From assembly GCF_009914755.1 (NCBI RefSeq), contig NC_060929.1: a stretch of DNA of 64,000 nucleotides; one strand, given 5' to 3'. Below the pieces are notes generated by a model that was not told the DNA's origin, did no database searches, and saw only the letters and a program-made list of their open reading frames with translations. The translations under genes and the position numbers were made by a program. This document shows positions 1-14,747 of the stretch, in pieces. Each line of letters opens with the position of its first letter. Positions within the stretch are counted from its first letter, which is position 1. The stretch is from the human T2T-CHM13v2.0 reference genome, Homo sapiens.

Positions 1-177
1 CTGGCAGGTTTGAATAAATTAACTCTTTTTTACCTAATAAATCTCCACATCAGTTCAACCCCCACCTTGTGCTAGTTACGGTGACTCTTTTTTTTTAATA
101 AATAAACTTGAGACAAGACATACAGAGTTATAAAATACATGGCTTATCTAAAACAGTTCATTCCTAGCTTCCCCCCT

Positions 178-191
178 ACACACACACACAC

Positions 192-224
<33 letters not shown>
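178..224. repeat. (CA)n microsatellite
   Basis: Near-perfect CA run with one interruption, followed by (ACTC)n. Confidence 0.95.
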
Positions 225-228
<4 letters not shown>

Positions 229-571
229 TCACTCAGAAACAGCGATGAAAGTGGAGCCCGGCCCAGCTTTTCAGCAAATCGCTGAGATTACCGAGATAAC
301 GTTTGCCCGACAATGTCACAGGGTCATGAAAAAAACCAACACAATATGCTTCTCCAAACCCACCTCATCTGAACGCCGGCTCGAGTGTAAGCAGAGCCCA
401 GGGGGTGAGCGGGCAGAACAAAAGCAGCCCTCTGCTAATTGACTGAAAAATTAGCCCAGTTGCCCCATGGGAGGCACGGGAGGCTGCAGCAGATGGAGGC
501 TGCTTGGGCGCCCGGCTCAGAAAGCCACTCGCAACCTGCTGGGGCTCTGCCGCAATTATGGGTCACAACAC

Positions 572-666
572 TCCTCTTGTTAAACAGACACCAGCAAGCC
601 TGACCGAGGAATGGAAGGCCAGGAAGGTCACAGATGGCCTGTAAACCAGCGATTTCCCCTTCGGAC
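572..666 (+). repeat. 95-bp local duplication, copy 1
   Basis: Ungapped match to 1548-1642, 81/95 identical by hand alignment. Confidence 0.9.
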
Positions 667-1547
667 CCGACACTGAACTTCCTGAAGGTGCCCATGTTTG
701 TGCTTTGGGGGGGTTTGTTTGTTTTTGGTTTGGTTTAGTTTTTGTAGACTTAGCCTCTAGCCCAAACAGATGCTTTCCTGTGCACTCTTTGATTCTGGTG
801 ATCTGAATTAATTTATGTTCCCACGCCTTCGTCCCCAGCTCTGGCTCTATGATCGCTGGGCGGCAGACGTGGTCATGCAGAGCTCATTATACATGTGTGG
901 GGTGTGTGTGTGTTCACGCACACACAGGCAGGCACCACTCCAAGTACAACTTCAGCAACACCAGGCAGGATTATTTATTCCTCTAACAAGAAATAAAATC
1001 TGTAGCCACTGCAGGTTTTGTGGCTCAGAAAATGTTTTAATCACAGGTCTGCCCCTGAGGTCTCAGGATGCAAAGTGCATTTTGACTAATACTGACTGTA
1101 TCTGCTCCCAAAGCCTGCGAGTGGGAGATTCTTGAATATCTGACATTTTGAAACATCACATAAGCTGCAATTGATAAATAAATTATTGCCATCTGACACT
1201 AAATGGCCCGTGCCCCTTTGTCTCCTACCAGAAGAAATAAACATCTATTGCAATAAGGTAGGAATTTTATTCCATCTACTAATTTGAAATTTTAAAAAAT
1301 ACAGGTGTGCTTTTGTCACATACTCCTTAGATAAAGAACTATGACTTCAGTTTTTCCTGATATTACTGTTTTCTGTTAAAATGTCCATTATACAATTATT
1401 AATTCATATATCATATCTCACTTTACACAAATATCTTCATTTTTGTCCTAAGTTGAGCTTCTATAAGAGGCACTTCACTGGTGTACCCTTAAATTCCATC
1501 ATTACAGCAATTCTAGAAAAAAAAAAGTGAGAGAAAATCATCCATAA

Positions 1548-1642
1548 TCCTCTTGTTAAACAGACACCAGCAAGACCGACCGAGGAAGGAAAGACTGGGA
1601 GGGTCACAAAGGGCCTGTAAACCAGTCATTTCTCCTTCAGAC
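1548..1642 (+). repeat. 95-bp local duplication, copy 2
   Basis: Begins TCCTCTTGTTAAACAGACACCAGCAAG, identical to 572-598. Confidence 0.9.
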
Positions 1643-2349
1643 AAAAGGAACTTACCTTTTATCACTTTGTCTATTTCTTTTATTCACATGAACATTTTAC
1701 ATAAGATTAAATATAACACATAATGTTCAGTGTGATTCATTTTACTTATTATTATGTGTTTTATCACGTTGGCACGATCTGTTATTATTTTACTATCCCA
1801 GCAAGTGGCATTGTCATCATTTGCCTATTTCTCTGTTACTTGTCGTTTTGTCTCTTTTTCCTTAGTTTTCATGTTTAAACTATGGTGAGTAAGATTGGCC
1901 TTTGTGCGCTACAGTGGCGTGCATATGTGCAGATGGGTACCAGCATCACCACAACCACGACACGGAACAGTCCATCACATCACAGGAACTTCCTTGTGCT
2001 GTCCGTCCCCTCAGAACTGCACCTTCCCCTTCACCCTCGATGCTTAGCAACCACTGATACATCACCATATCATTATCATTATGATCCTTTTGTCTGTTTG
2101 AGAGTATCATATGAATATAAATGAAGTCACACAGTATGTGACCTTCAGAAACTGCCTTCTGTCACTCAGTAGAACGTCCTTGACATTCACTCAAGCTGAT
2201 CCTACAGGAGCACCTGCCTTTTTATTGCTGGGTAGCTCCTTGGCATGGGGTGTGCCAGGGCTGGTAAATTAATCCACCTGTGGAAGCGCACTGGGAGGCT
2301 CCCATTGTGCAGATATTACAAAGAAAGTTGTTTATACATATAAGCATAG

Positions 2350-2511
2350 AACTAATATATAAAAATATGTTTATTTATATATAAAAGTATATATGTATAT
2401 AATAAAAGTATATATGAAAGTGTATATATAAAAGTATCTACATATCTACATGTATATGTAGATATATATATACATATATGTATATATATACACATATATA
2501 TGAATATATAT

Positions 2512-2564
<53 letters not shown>

Positions 2565-2565
2565 A
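2350..2565. repeat. (TA)n-rich low complexity plus (TG)n microsatellite inside the old L1
   Basis: Direct reading; pure TG run ~2514-2554. Confidence 0.95.
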
Positions 2566-4434
2566 ATCTGTGCAGATTTTTGTGTGAACACAAATTACAT
2601 TTCTTTAGGCTAAATGCCCAGGGTTGGGGTTACTGGATCATGTGGTTAATAAATCATTAGCTTTACAAGAAATTTCCAAACTCTTGTCCAGATAATCTGT
2701 ATAATTCTTCATGTCAACCAGCAATGTATGTTTCATTTGCTCCAGGTCTTCACCAGCACTTGAAATTGTGACTATTTTTATTCCAGCCTACAAATAGATG
2801 CATAGCGGTATCTCATCTTAGTTTTATTTTTATTTCCCTACTGGTCAATCAATGATATTGTATATCTTTTTATGTGGTCATTTAACTTTTTATATCTTTG
2901 GTGAAATGTCTGTTTAAATATTTTGCTCATTTTTTTACTGTTTAGTTTTGAGACTTTTTTATGTATTTTGGATACATGTCCATGGCCAGATATGGTACAT
3001 GTTTTACAAAGATTTTCTCTCAGTCTATATTTGTATGTCATTCTTTTAACATTAACTTTTGAAAAGCAAAGTTTTTAATTTTGATGAAGTAATTTTTATA
3101 ATATTTTTGTGTAGTTGACTTTTTAAAATTGTTGATACTCTTAGTGTAGAGTCATTTGTAACAGCTTATTATCCCTTTAATGTCTGTAAGGTGTAATTTC
3201 TATCTTTTTTCTTTCTTGATCTAGCTACAAGTTTGTTTACTTTATGGACCATTTCAAAAAACCAGTTTTTAGGATTTTTTTTTTCATTTTTCTCTATGGT
3301 TTTTCTGTCTTTAATTTCATGAATTTCTGCTCTTTTATTGGGATCTGTCATTCATTGATTTGTGTTTATTTTGCTCTTTTTTTCTAGCTCCTCAAAGAAG
3401 AAGCATGGAGCCTTAATTTAAAACCTTTTTTTAAAAAGTTATTATATATACTTCTAATGCTATATATTTTTCCTCAAAGAAATGTGTCAAGTGTATTTTA
3501 CAAATTTAATGTGACATAATCTTATTTTCTTTTTATTTAAAATATTTCTGAAGTTCTTTGAACTTCTTCTCTCCATGAATTATTTAGAATTATGTTGATT
3601 AATTTCCAAATATTTAGATATTTTCTGGTTATCTTTCTCTTAAATATTTCTAGTTTTATTTTATTATGGTCTAAAAATATTATTCAATTACATTTTTATG
3701 ACTAGAAATACAAACTGTCTCTGTGAATGTTACATGTACATTTGAAAAGAATGTGTATTATTTTGTTTGAATAAAATGTTATTTAAATATTAATTAGGTC
3801 CAGTTGGCTAATGGTGTTACTCAGATCTTTCATATTCTTGATGATTTTCTGTATAAAATGGTCTGTATAAAAGTTTTATCTACTACAGAACAATGAATAT
3901 CAATAGGCCCAACTAGAATTGCACACTTGTCTATTTTTTCTTTTAGTTCTGCTGTGTTTTGCTTCATGTTGTTAGGTGCATACATATTTCATATTGTTAC
4001 ATCATCTTAAATAATTGATTCATTTATCATTATGTGATGTCCCTCTTTAGCACAGTCATTTTCTTTGCTCTAAAGTTACTTCTTCTGATTTTAATATAGA
4101 TATTCTAGCTTTCTTTTAGAGTTTTCATGATATACCTTTTTCCATTCTTTTCCATTAATCTGCCTATATTATCATTTTTGAAGTGAGTTTGTATGGATAG
4201 CATATAAATTATTTTTATATCAGTTGCAATAAACTTTGTATTTTTATTGTTATATTAGGATCATTTCATATTTATGGTAATTATTAATACATTTGGATTT
4301 AGGTCTATCATTTTATTATTTGTTTCTTCTTTGTCCTGTCTGCTTTTGCCTTTTTGCTTTTATTGGGTTATCTGCATTATTTTAATATTTCATTTTAGTT
4401 CATCTATTGCAATTTTTTTCTTTTTCTCTCTGTA

Positions 4435-4521
4435 AATACATGTACACATATATATGAATATATACATATATACATACACATATGTGTGTGTGTATGTATG
4501 TGTGTGTGTGTGTGTGTGTGT
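4435..4521. repeat. (TA/CA)n followed by (TG)n microsatellite
   Basis: Direct reading. Confidence 0.9.
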
Positions 4522-6490
4522 AATTTTTTAGGGTTTCTCTGGGGACTGCAATATATGTACTGAATTTTTCACTGTCTATTTAGAATCAATATTTTGCCTT
4601 ACAACAATAAAGACTATAACTTCTGCCTTTATATTATAGTTGTTTTCATATATTAATAATCCCACCAGAAAAACTTTATAATTTTTGCAAGCATAAAATA
4701 TATTTTAAAGATCTTAAGAGAAAAATAATATATTACACTTACTTAACATTTACCATTTCTGCTGTTCTTTCTTCATTCTGGTGGTCAAATGTACATTCAA
4801 ATATTATTTTCCATCTGCTGAAAACTTTCTTAGCAATTCTTTTAGATTGAGTCTTTTAGTAACAAACTTCCTTGTCTCATCTGTGAATATTTTGATTCTG
4901 CCTTCATTGCTGAGAAAAGTGGTCATTAGATATAGAATTTAAGGTGGGCAATTGTTTCCCTTCAGCACTTTAGTCATATTCTGTCTCTTCCTTCTGACTT
5001 CCATCATTTTTGATGAAAAATCCACATATCTTTCTAATCATTCCCACATGGGTAATACATGATTTTTAACTGGGCACTTACTTTAGTTTGTTTCAGGTGT
5101 TCATCTTTATTATGATGATGTGTTGACATGGATTTCCTTTGTTTAATTCTATTAGAGAGTCACTCAATTTTTTCAATCTGTAGATTTATGCCTGTCACTA
5201 AACATAGAAAGTTTTCAGCTATTATATCTTGAAATGCTTTTTAACACCAAATTTCTTCTTCTCTGGGACTATGATGACATAAATATTAAAGCCTTGTTAT
5301 AGGTCCCTGAGTCATAGTTAATGTTTTAATCTAGTCAGGCTTCTTAAGGTTGCTGTTATTACATTTTTCAGTTTTAAAATTTCTGAGTTCTTTTTTTGTA
5401 ATTTCCATTTATTTGCCCAGATGTTCTATTTTCTCATTTGTTTCAAAAAGTTCATGATTATTTCTTGGAGCTGCTTTAAAGTCTTTGTCAGGTAATGCCA
5501 ACATTTCTATTGTCTTGATGTTGGCATCTTTTCCGTGTCTTTTCTATTGCAGTTGAGATTTTTCTGGCTCCTTTTATGTCAAGTAAATTTGGATTGTATC
5601 TTGGACACTTCAAATATTATGTTATAAGAGCCTGTATTATATTCAAATCCTATGAACAGCACTGATACTTTTGTTTTAGCAAAAATCTTGTTAGGCACAC
5701 CCTGAAAAATCCAACATGCCCAAATTTAAAACTAGAAAATTGTAAAAAATATATGAAAAAGAATCCTCTTCAGATATTGAACTACAGGTGTATTAGGACT
5801 ATGATCCTTGGGGACAAAAGGGGAACAAATGAGATGAGACATATTATTTTCTCAATTTTATAGACAGAGAAACATTTTGGACCACAATATAGAAAAGGCG
5901 GTTCCAAGCTACACAGAATAAAAACACAGTTATTTCTTGGGATACTCTTGAGCACTGCCGAATACTATGACATGAATATCATGGTGGGATGAAAGTCCAC
6001 AAGTATGGCAGAGATTGATGAATGAACTGTGAGGTCCAGGCTTTGGAGTCACACAACTTCCTATGAGCAGACTGGACAGTCCTCGCTGATATATCAGGGT
6101 ATGTAGTTGTATCCAGAGAAGACACTCCAAGAAGATCAATGGACCATATAGAAAACCACATTGAAAACCGCAAGACAACTCATAGCAAAATGTACGAAAG
6201 CCTAAGATAAAGAGAAAATCTTAAAATTGGGCAGAGGAAAAACACACAATAGGTATAGAAAAAAAAAGTAGCAATTATAGCAGACTTTTTATGAGAAACT
6301 CTTCAGGCCAGGAAACAATGAAACAGCATATTTAAAGTGCTAAAATAGTCCATGTAGAATTCTAAAGCTAGCAAAAGTCACTTCAAAACTAAAAGGGAAA
6401 AAAAGTATTTTAAAAGGAACATGCACAAAGATAAGTCATATGCTGGGCCATAAAATGCATCCCCCAAAGTTTGTTAAAAATCTTAAAATT

Positions 6491-6779
6491 GGCCAGGTGT
6501 GGTGGCTAATGCCTGTAATCCCAACACTATGGGAGGACGAGGCAGGCGGATACCTGAGGTTGGGAGTTCGAGACCAGCCTGGCCAACCTGGCAAAATCCC
6601 GTCTCTACTAAAAATCCAAAAATTAGCTGGGCGTGGTAGCAGGTGCCTGTAATCCCAGCTACTAAGGAGGCTGAGGCAGGAGAATCACTTGAACCTGGGA
6701 GGTGGAGGTTGCAGTTGCCCCATTGCACTCTAGCCTGGAAGACAAGAGTGAAACTCTGTCAAAAAAGAAAAAAAAAAAA
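6491..6779 (+). mobile_element. AluS element
   Basis: GGCCAGGTGTGGTGGCT start, TACTAAAAATCCAAAAATTAGC linker, A tail, TSD-like CTTAAAAT on both sides, small deletion in the right arm. Confidence 0.95.
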
Positions 6780-6916
6780 CTTAAAATCATGTAAAGTAGC
6801 GTTTTTTATTATGATGTGACATTTCTCCAAAACTGATTTATAGATTCAATGGGATCCCAGGAAAACTCCCAGCAGAAATTTTTGTGGAAACTGATAAGGT
6901 GATTTTAAAATGAATG

Positions 6917-9311
<2,395 letters not shown>

Positions 9312-9811
9312 TAAAATGAATGTGGAAATTCAAGGACCTAGCATAGCCAAAATAATTTTTATAAAAGCAGAACAATGTGGAAGTATTTATCTTATTTGAC
9401 TCCAAGACTTATTATAAAGTTATAAGAGTCAAGATAGTATCTTATTGGCATAAGAATAGACTTATAAATTAATGAAACAGAAGAGAGTTTTATAATAGAC
9501 TCCTGTATATATAGTCAAATAATTTTTTAAAGGTACCATGGTGATTCAATGGAGAAAGAATATTCTTTAAATAAGTTTTGTTGTAAAAATAAATATCCAT
9601 ATCACACATAAAAAAGACTATGACCCTTTATTGACACCATATACAAAATTATTTCAGAATGCTTCATAACCCCAAGTGTAAAAGCCAAAATATAAATTTT
9701 CTAGACAAAAATATACAAGAAGAAAAATTTATTTTACTTTATCACAGTCAAAATTTTTTAGGACACCAAAAGCACAAAACCTAAAAGAAAACTAAATAAT
9801 AAAATGAGGTC

Positions 9812-10245
9812 TTCTTCCCTAAAACTTATAAATTCAGGCTAGTCATAAGTAAAACATCAGACAAATACCAGGTGAAGGACATCTACAAAATACCTGACCA
9901 GTAATTCTCAAATCTATAAAAGACATCAAAACCAGAAAAGTTTGGGAAACTGTCACATCTAAGAGATGCCAAAGGAGATGAACATAAAACACAAAGTGGT
10001 TCCCTGGTTGGGACTCTGGAACAGAAAAAGGACATTCGCATTCGGGGAAAACTACATAAAGTAGCAACTTTAATTAATAATAATGTATCAATATTCATTC
10101 ATTAGTTTTGACTAATGTACCATGGTAATGTAATATGCTAATAATAGGAGAAAAGATAGGTGGGGGATATGTGAGAACTCTCTATACTCCCTTTGCAACT
10201 TTTATGTAAATCTAAACTGTTTTTAAAATCTAAACTGTTTTTGCT
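9812..10245 (+). mobile_element. L1MC-type 3' end (MER42-like) nested in the older L1
   Basis: AAACATCAGACAAA, AAAATACCTGACCAGTA, CTGGAACAGAAAAAGGACATT and TTTGCAACTTTTATGTAAATCTAAA are typical of L1MC3-5 3' UTRs. Confidence 0.7.
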
Positions 10246-12575
10246 TAAATTTATAAAGTAAAAAATTATAAAATTCATGAACATTAAAATTTCTGCTCTT
10301 TGAAATACATCAATAAGAAAATTAAAAGTCAAATCCACAAATGGGAAAATTTTTCACACTATGTATATTTGATATATTACTTATATTCAGAATAAGTACA
10401 AACATTTACAACTCAATTATGAGACATAAAACCCAATTTAAATAAAAGAAAGGGGCTAAAGATTAAACAGAAAATTTACCAAAAACTACATATGCATAGC
10501 CAATACATACTTGAAAAGATGCTCAACATTAGTCATTAGGGAAATGCAGATTAAAATCATAGTCAGATACCACTATACACCCATTAGAGCGGCTAAAATT
10601 AGACAAGATTGACACTATTTTTAGTGAGTGTGGAGCAACTACTTAGCTAGTAGAAGTGTGAAATGGTACAGCCACTTAGGAAAACAGTTTGGTAATTTCT
10701 TATAAAGGTAAACACTCTCTTACCACATGTTCATGCAATTCTGCTCCTAGGTATTTACCCAAAGTCTTATGCACGAATGCTCCTGGTAACTTTGATTATA
10801 ACTGCCGGAAGTTGGAGCCAAACCAAATATCCATCAACAGGTGAATAGACCTTCTTGCACATCCACATAATGTAATACCACTCAGCATGTGAAAAGAGTG
10901 AATTACTGACACACAACAATATGGATGAATAGTAAATGCACTATTTTGCACAAAGGAAGTCAGACACAAAAGTGTAATCCCATTTACACAAAGCACAAGG
11001 AAGGCAAAACTGATCTGTAGTGACAGAAGGTCAATCAGTGGCTGCTTTGCGCTGGGGCTGAAGGATGGGGATTGACTGGAAAGGGGCCCCAGGAAACCCT
11101 CTGCGATGATGAGAATTTTCTATATCATGAAGTGGAGTAGTTTCAGCAGTGTACACATTTTTCAGACTCATCAAAATGTACACTTAATATGTGTGTATTG
11201 TATTGTTTGCAAAATTATACTTTCACAAAATTTATTTTTAAAAAGCAGGACCCAAGAGCAATTCTAGAAGGTAAGTAGAGGATACATTCCACCAGAACTC
11301 AGAGCAAACCCTAGGCAGAGGCTGGGAGAGGGAACCAGCCATGTGGCAGTCAGCAGAGAGTGGGGAAAGGATCCTCGGTACTGGGCCAGCGCCTGGTGAG
11401 TGACTGATAAGGTGATTCCTTTGGGCTGCAGCTCCTAGAAGCAGTGTTGTAAGCTTGGGAAACCATGCAGCAATGCACAGGGGAGCTTTGGGCATACACA
11501 GATAGGAAGAAGAGTGATGAGCAGATAGGCACACAGTGACTTCTCCCACACATTGTGGATCAGTGTCGATGCCTTTAAATAAGGTTGCCCATTCTTCTTG
11601 AGACAGGAAAACTTAAGCTACTCAGAGATTACTGAAAACATTAAAACACTGATATGTTTGGTTTGGGGGTACTCTGACTTCATGTTAAGCGTAATATGGT
11701 ATGGGTTGATTCAGAAAAATCAAGATGAAATCTCAGAACCAACTGTCAAATAAAATAACTCTTGCTTGAGAGGCAGCCCTCAGTAAAACACACAAGGACC
11801 CTGTCAGTAAATACGGAAGTATCTGCTGTACATGCCCCCATCTTCAAATAAAAACTTGAAACGATGGCAAAGTTAACATCAGTTGCACACACACAAACAC
11901 ACCACATGCACATAAATGTGAGGTTTACAAGACAGGGCAGAGTGAGAAAGACCACAATCCCAGGCTGCGTGACACGAGGTTTCTAACTCAAGCCACCCCT
12001 TAGGGACAGAGGCCGGGAAAGCTGTGGTGAAAGTCCCCAGCATGGATGGGAAGAATGACTCTGTGCTCCACTCAGTTGCCAGTTTGTATTGCCATGGAAC
12101 CATCCAACAGCCATTTCAACCTGGAAACCATTCTGTGTGTTCAATCAATGAACATGGGTACTGGACACGGATTTTGAACAACACGATCTAAGGCCCAGAG
12201 AAGCTAAGAGCTTTGAATGGCAGTGTTCTAACATGTGTCTGACTGATGGGAGGTCTGTGGACCAGAGTGTTCTGAGCTCTCCCAGGTGAGCTAGGCCTTG
12301 CTCTGGACATAGTGGGGCTGGAGGGATGGCTTCGGCCCCGCGTTCTTCTTGGACTGCTCTGCCGTCTGCCTTCTGATACATGGCAGTCTCCTGTCTCTGG
12401 GAAACACATGGGTGTCGTGCACCCAAATGTGTGGGACCTCAGCCTTCCCCACTTCTTCGTCAACTAAGCACTAAACAAGTGTGTGGATCTGCTCACGAAC
12501 GTGCTCACAAACTCACACACACACCAAGTGGAACTCCACACTGCATTTTTTTCTTTCCTTCATGGCCAAACTTCT

Positions 12576-12621
12576 GGGGGGGGGGAAAAAATATATATAT
12601 ATATATATACACATATATATA
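12576..12621. repeat. G10-A6-(TA)n compound simple repeat
   Basis: Direct reading. Confidence 0.9.
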
Positions 12622-13517
12622 CCTTTTTCCTGAATTTTTTATGGGTATCTCCTCTCTTGAAAATGCACCTGCTCTCCTCCGCAGGCCCAGCAAGAGCCCC
12701 TCTCTCATCCCTCAGCCCCCACCCAAGCTGTGACCCAACAGACGTTGCCAATGCCTTCTGGTGGCCACCCCCTCATTGTTGCTATGGCACTGTTGTGCCC
12801 TGCTTTCTCACAAGACCTTTGCCAGAAACTCCTCCCTGATCCTGCCTTAAATGCAGAGTCCCCTGCCGGCCCCCACCCTTCTTCTTCTCTGACCCCAGGC
12901 ACTTCACCCCACCCTGGCTTCAGCCTACTTTCCTCACCTGCCCGCGCTCAGCCGGCTGCCTCTTCCCAGTGGGCCGGGACTGAAGGGTAGGGATTGAGCA
13001 GGTGCTCACACGCACCTTCCTACTTGCTCACCTTACTTCCACTTGGATGTGCTATCATCACTCAGGCCAGACGCATCACCGCGAAGCCCACCCAGCTGCC
13101 CTCTCAGAATGCCCTTCTGCCTGGCCCCATTGTCCCTGTTCTGAATAATGCCACAGCCACTCAGAAACGCGTTGGAAAGGAGAGCAAGTCCTGGAGCCTC
13201 CCTTCCACAGCCACTGGGAAATGATTCTGATAGGTGACGTTTTTCCAGTTCCCACTGTGGTCCAATCCCCACAGAGAAGCTGGGAACATGGGGCTGGCAT
13301 GGCCAGGGGAGGGTCTCAGGGTAGCCTGCCCATTTTACTGATATGTTTCTGTAACAGAATCCTTGTAGTGGGAAGTCAGCCATTCCCAGCACAGGCTGGG
13401 CACTGCACTGGCATAGCAGGGTCACCTGTGGGGTGGTGGCGTGGACTGAAATCTCTCTACAAACATCCAGTGTGAGCTGCGCTCCAAACATTTCATGTGA
13501 TGATGGCCTGTGTTCGT

Positions 13518-13547
13518 TCTCTCTCTCTCTTTCCCTCTTTTGAGTTA

Positions 13548-13575
<28 letters not shown>
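13518..13575. repeat. (CT)n and (TG)n microsatellites
   Basis: Direct reading. Confidence 0.9.
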
Positions 13576-13578
<3 letters not shown>

Positions 13579-14406
13579 ATTTGTGTTGGGGTGGGCAGGT
13601 GTGAGTGTATGACAAATATACACATACAAATATATATGAAAAGTTTATATATGTGTGTACCTATATGTCCACATATTTTCATTCAATACTCATCTATTCA
13701 ATCAACTATTTGAGTGTCAACTAAATGTGTATATAAATATAGGACCATATTGATATTGTAATTCCTCTCTTGGATTCAACATTCTATGATGTCCAACTGA
13801 AAGTGATGGTGCTCTTTATGACAAGAATAATCTTTATTTAAATGGTTTAGACATGAGCAGACTTGATAATTGTACTAATAACATACTTGTATCGGTGGTA
13901 TCCTTGAGAACTAACTCTAATTCATTAACAGTTTGAAAACACCAGGTGGAACTTCTTCAGTGAAAACTGCAAAAATGCACTGCACATGTGGAGGGGCTAA
14001 GGCAAGATCTGTATTCTCATTCCGTAGTTACAGCCTTCATTTTTGCTTTCTTAGCACTGAAGATTGCCATCCAGCCTGAGCAGGAGCCTCACCCATGGCC
14101 CCAGTCCTGCGGGCAGCTGGAGTGGGGCAGAGTGCTATTTGGTAACCCACACACACACAGGGAGGGCAGATATATCTGGTGTCCCCTACACAGTGTTTAA
14201 ATTTTAAAAAATCACACAAAAATGATGGTCACTGTCTTTTCTTGAAAACATGTGAGTCCAGCTACACCAAGCTTCCCACGGGATTGCCATCGGCTGAAGC
14301 AGGCTGAGCTGGGTGGGCTCTCCGCGCCACTGTGGGCTCACCATGCTGTACTGGACTCCACTGGCCTTTGCAAATGTTTAAATTCATGATCCCAGCTCTA
14401 CTGAAC

Positions 14407-14747
14407 CAGGAGTTGGCAAGTGTCTTCTGCAGAGGATCATGCAGTAAACATTTCAGGCATCCGAGCCCCTTCTGTCTCTGTGGCAGCTACTCAGCTCTGC
14501 ATTTCTGCTGCAACACAGCCTCAGATAATACCTAAGCCAATGTGCATTGTTGAGTTTAATAAAACTTTATTCATGGACACTGAAAACTGAATTCTCTAGA
14601 ATTTTTACATGGCAAAAAATATATTTGTTTTTTTTTGTTGTTGTTCAACCATTAAAAAATTTATACAAGTGATTATTAGCTCCAGGGCCTTAAAAAAGCA
14701 AGTAGTAGGCCAAGTGTAACCTGTGGGCTACAGTTTGCTGACCACTA
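14407..14747 (+). mobile_element. MER58B non-autonomous hAT-Charlie DNA transposon
   Basis: Ends CAGGAGTTGGCAAG and TTTGCTGACCACTA (degenerate TIRs); internal CTACTCAGCTCTGC and AATAAAACTTTATTCATGGACACTGAAA; ~340 bp length. Confidence 0.85.

Larger units (their letters stand above)
1860..5690 (-). mobile_element. Old, degraded LINE-1 (L1M class): 3' UTR, ORF2 and ORF1-like sequence
   Basis: T-rich antisense L1 signatures, e.g. CCAGCAATGTATG, TTTTAATTTTGATGAAGT, CATTTGAAAAGAATGTGTATT and GTTGTTAGGTGCATACATATTT. ORF fragments 2838-3041 and 3169-3351 are L1 ORF2-like (KNWFFEMVHKVNK). May be several fragments. Confidence 0.8.

Noticed and set aside
13033-13629. Longest ORF (198 aa, minus strand)
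   Set aside because: Begins in microsatellite-derived THTH/RERE sequence; no recognisable domain.
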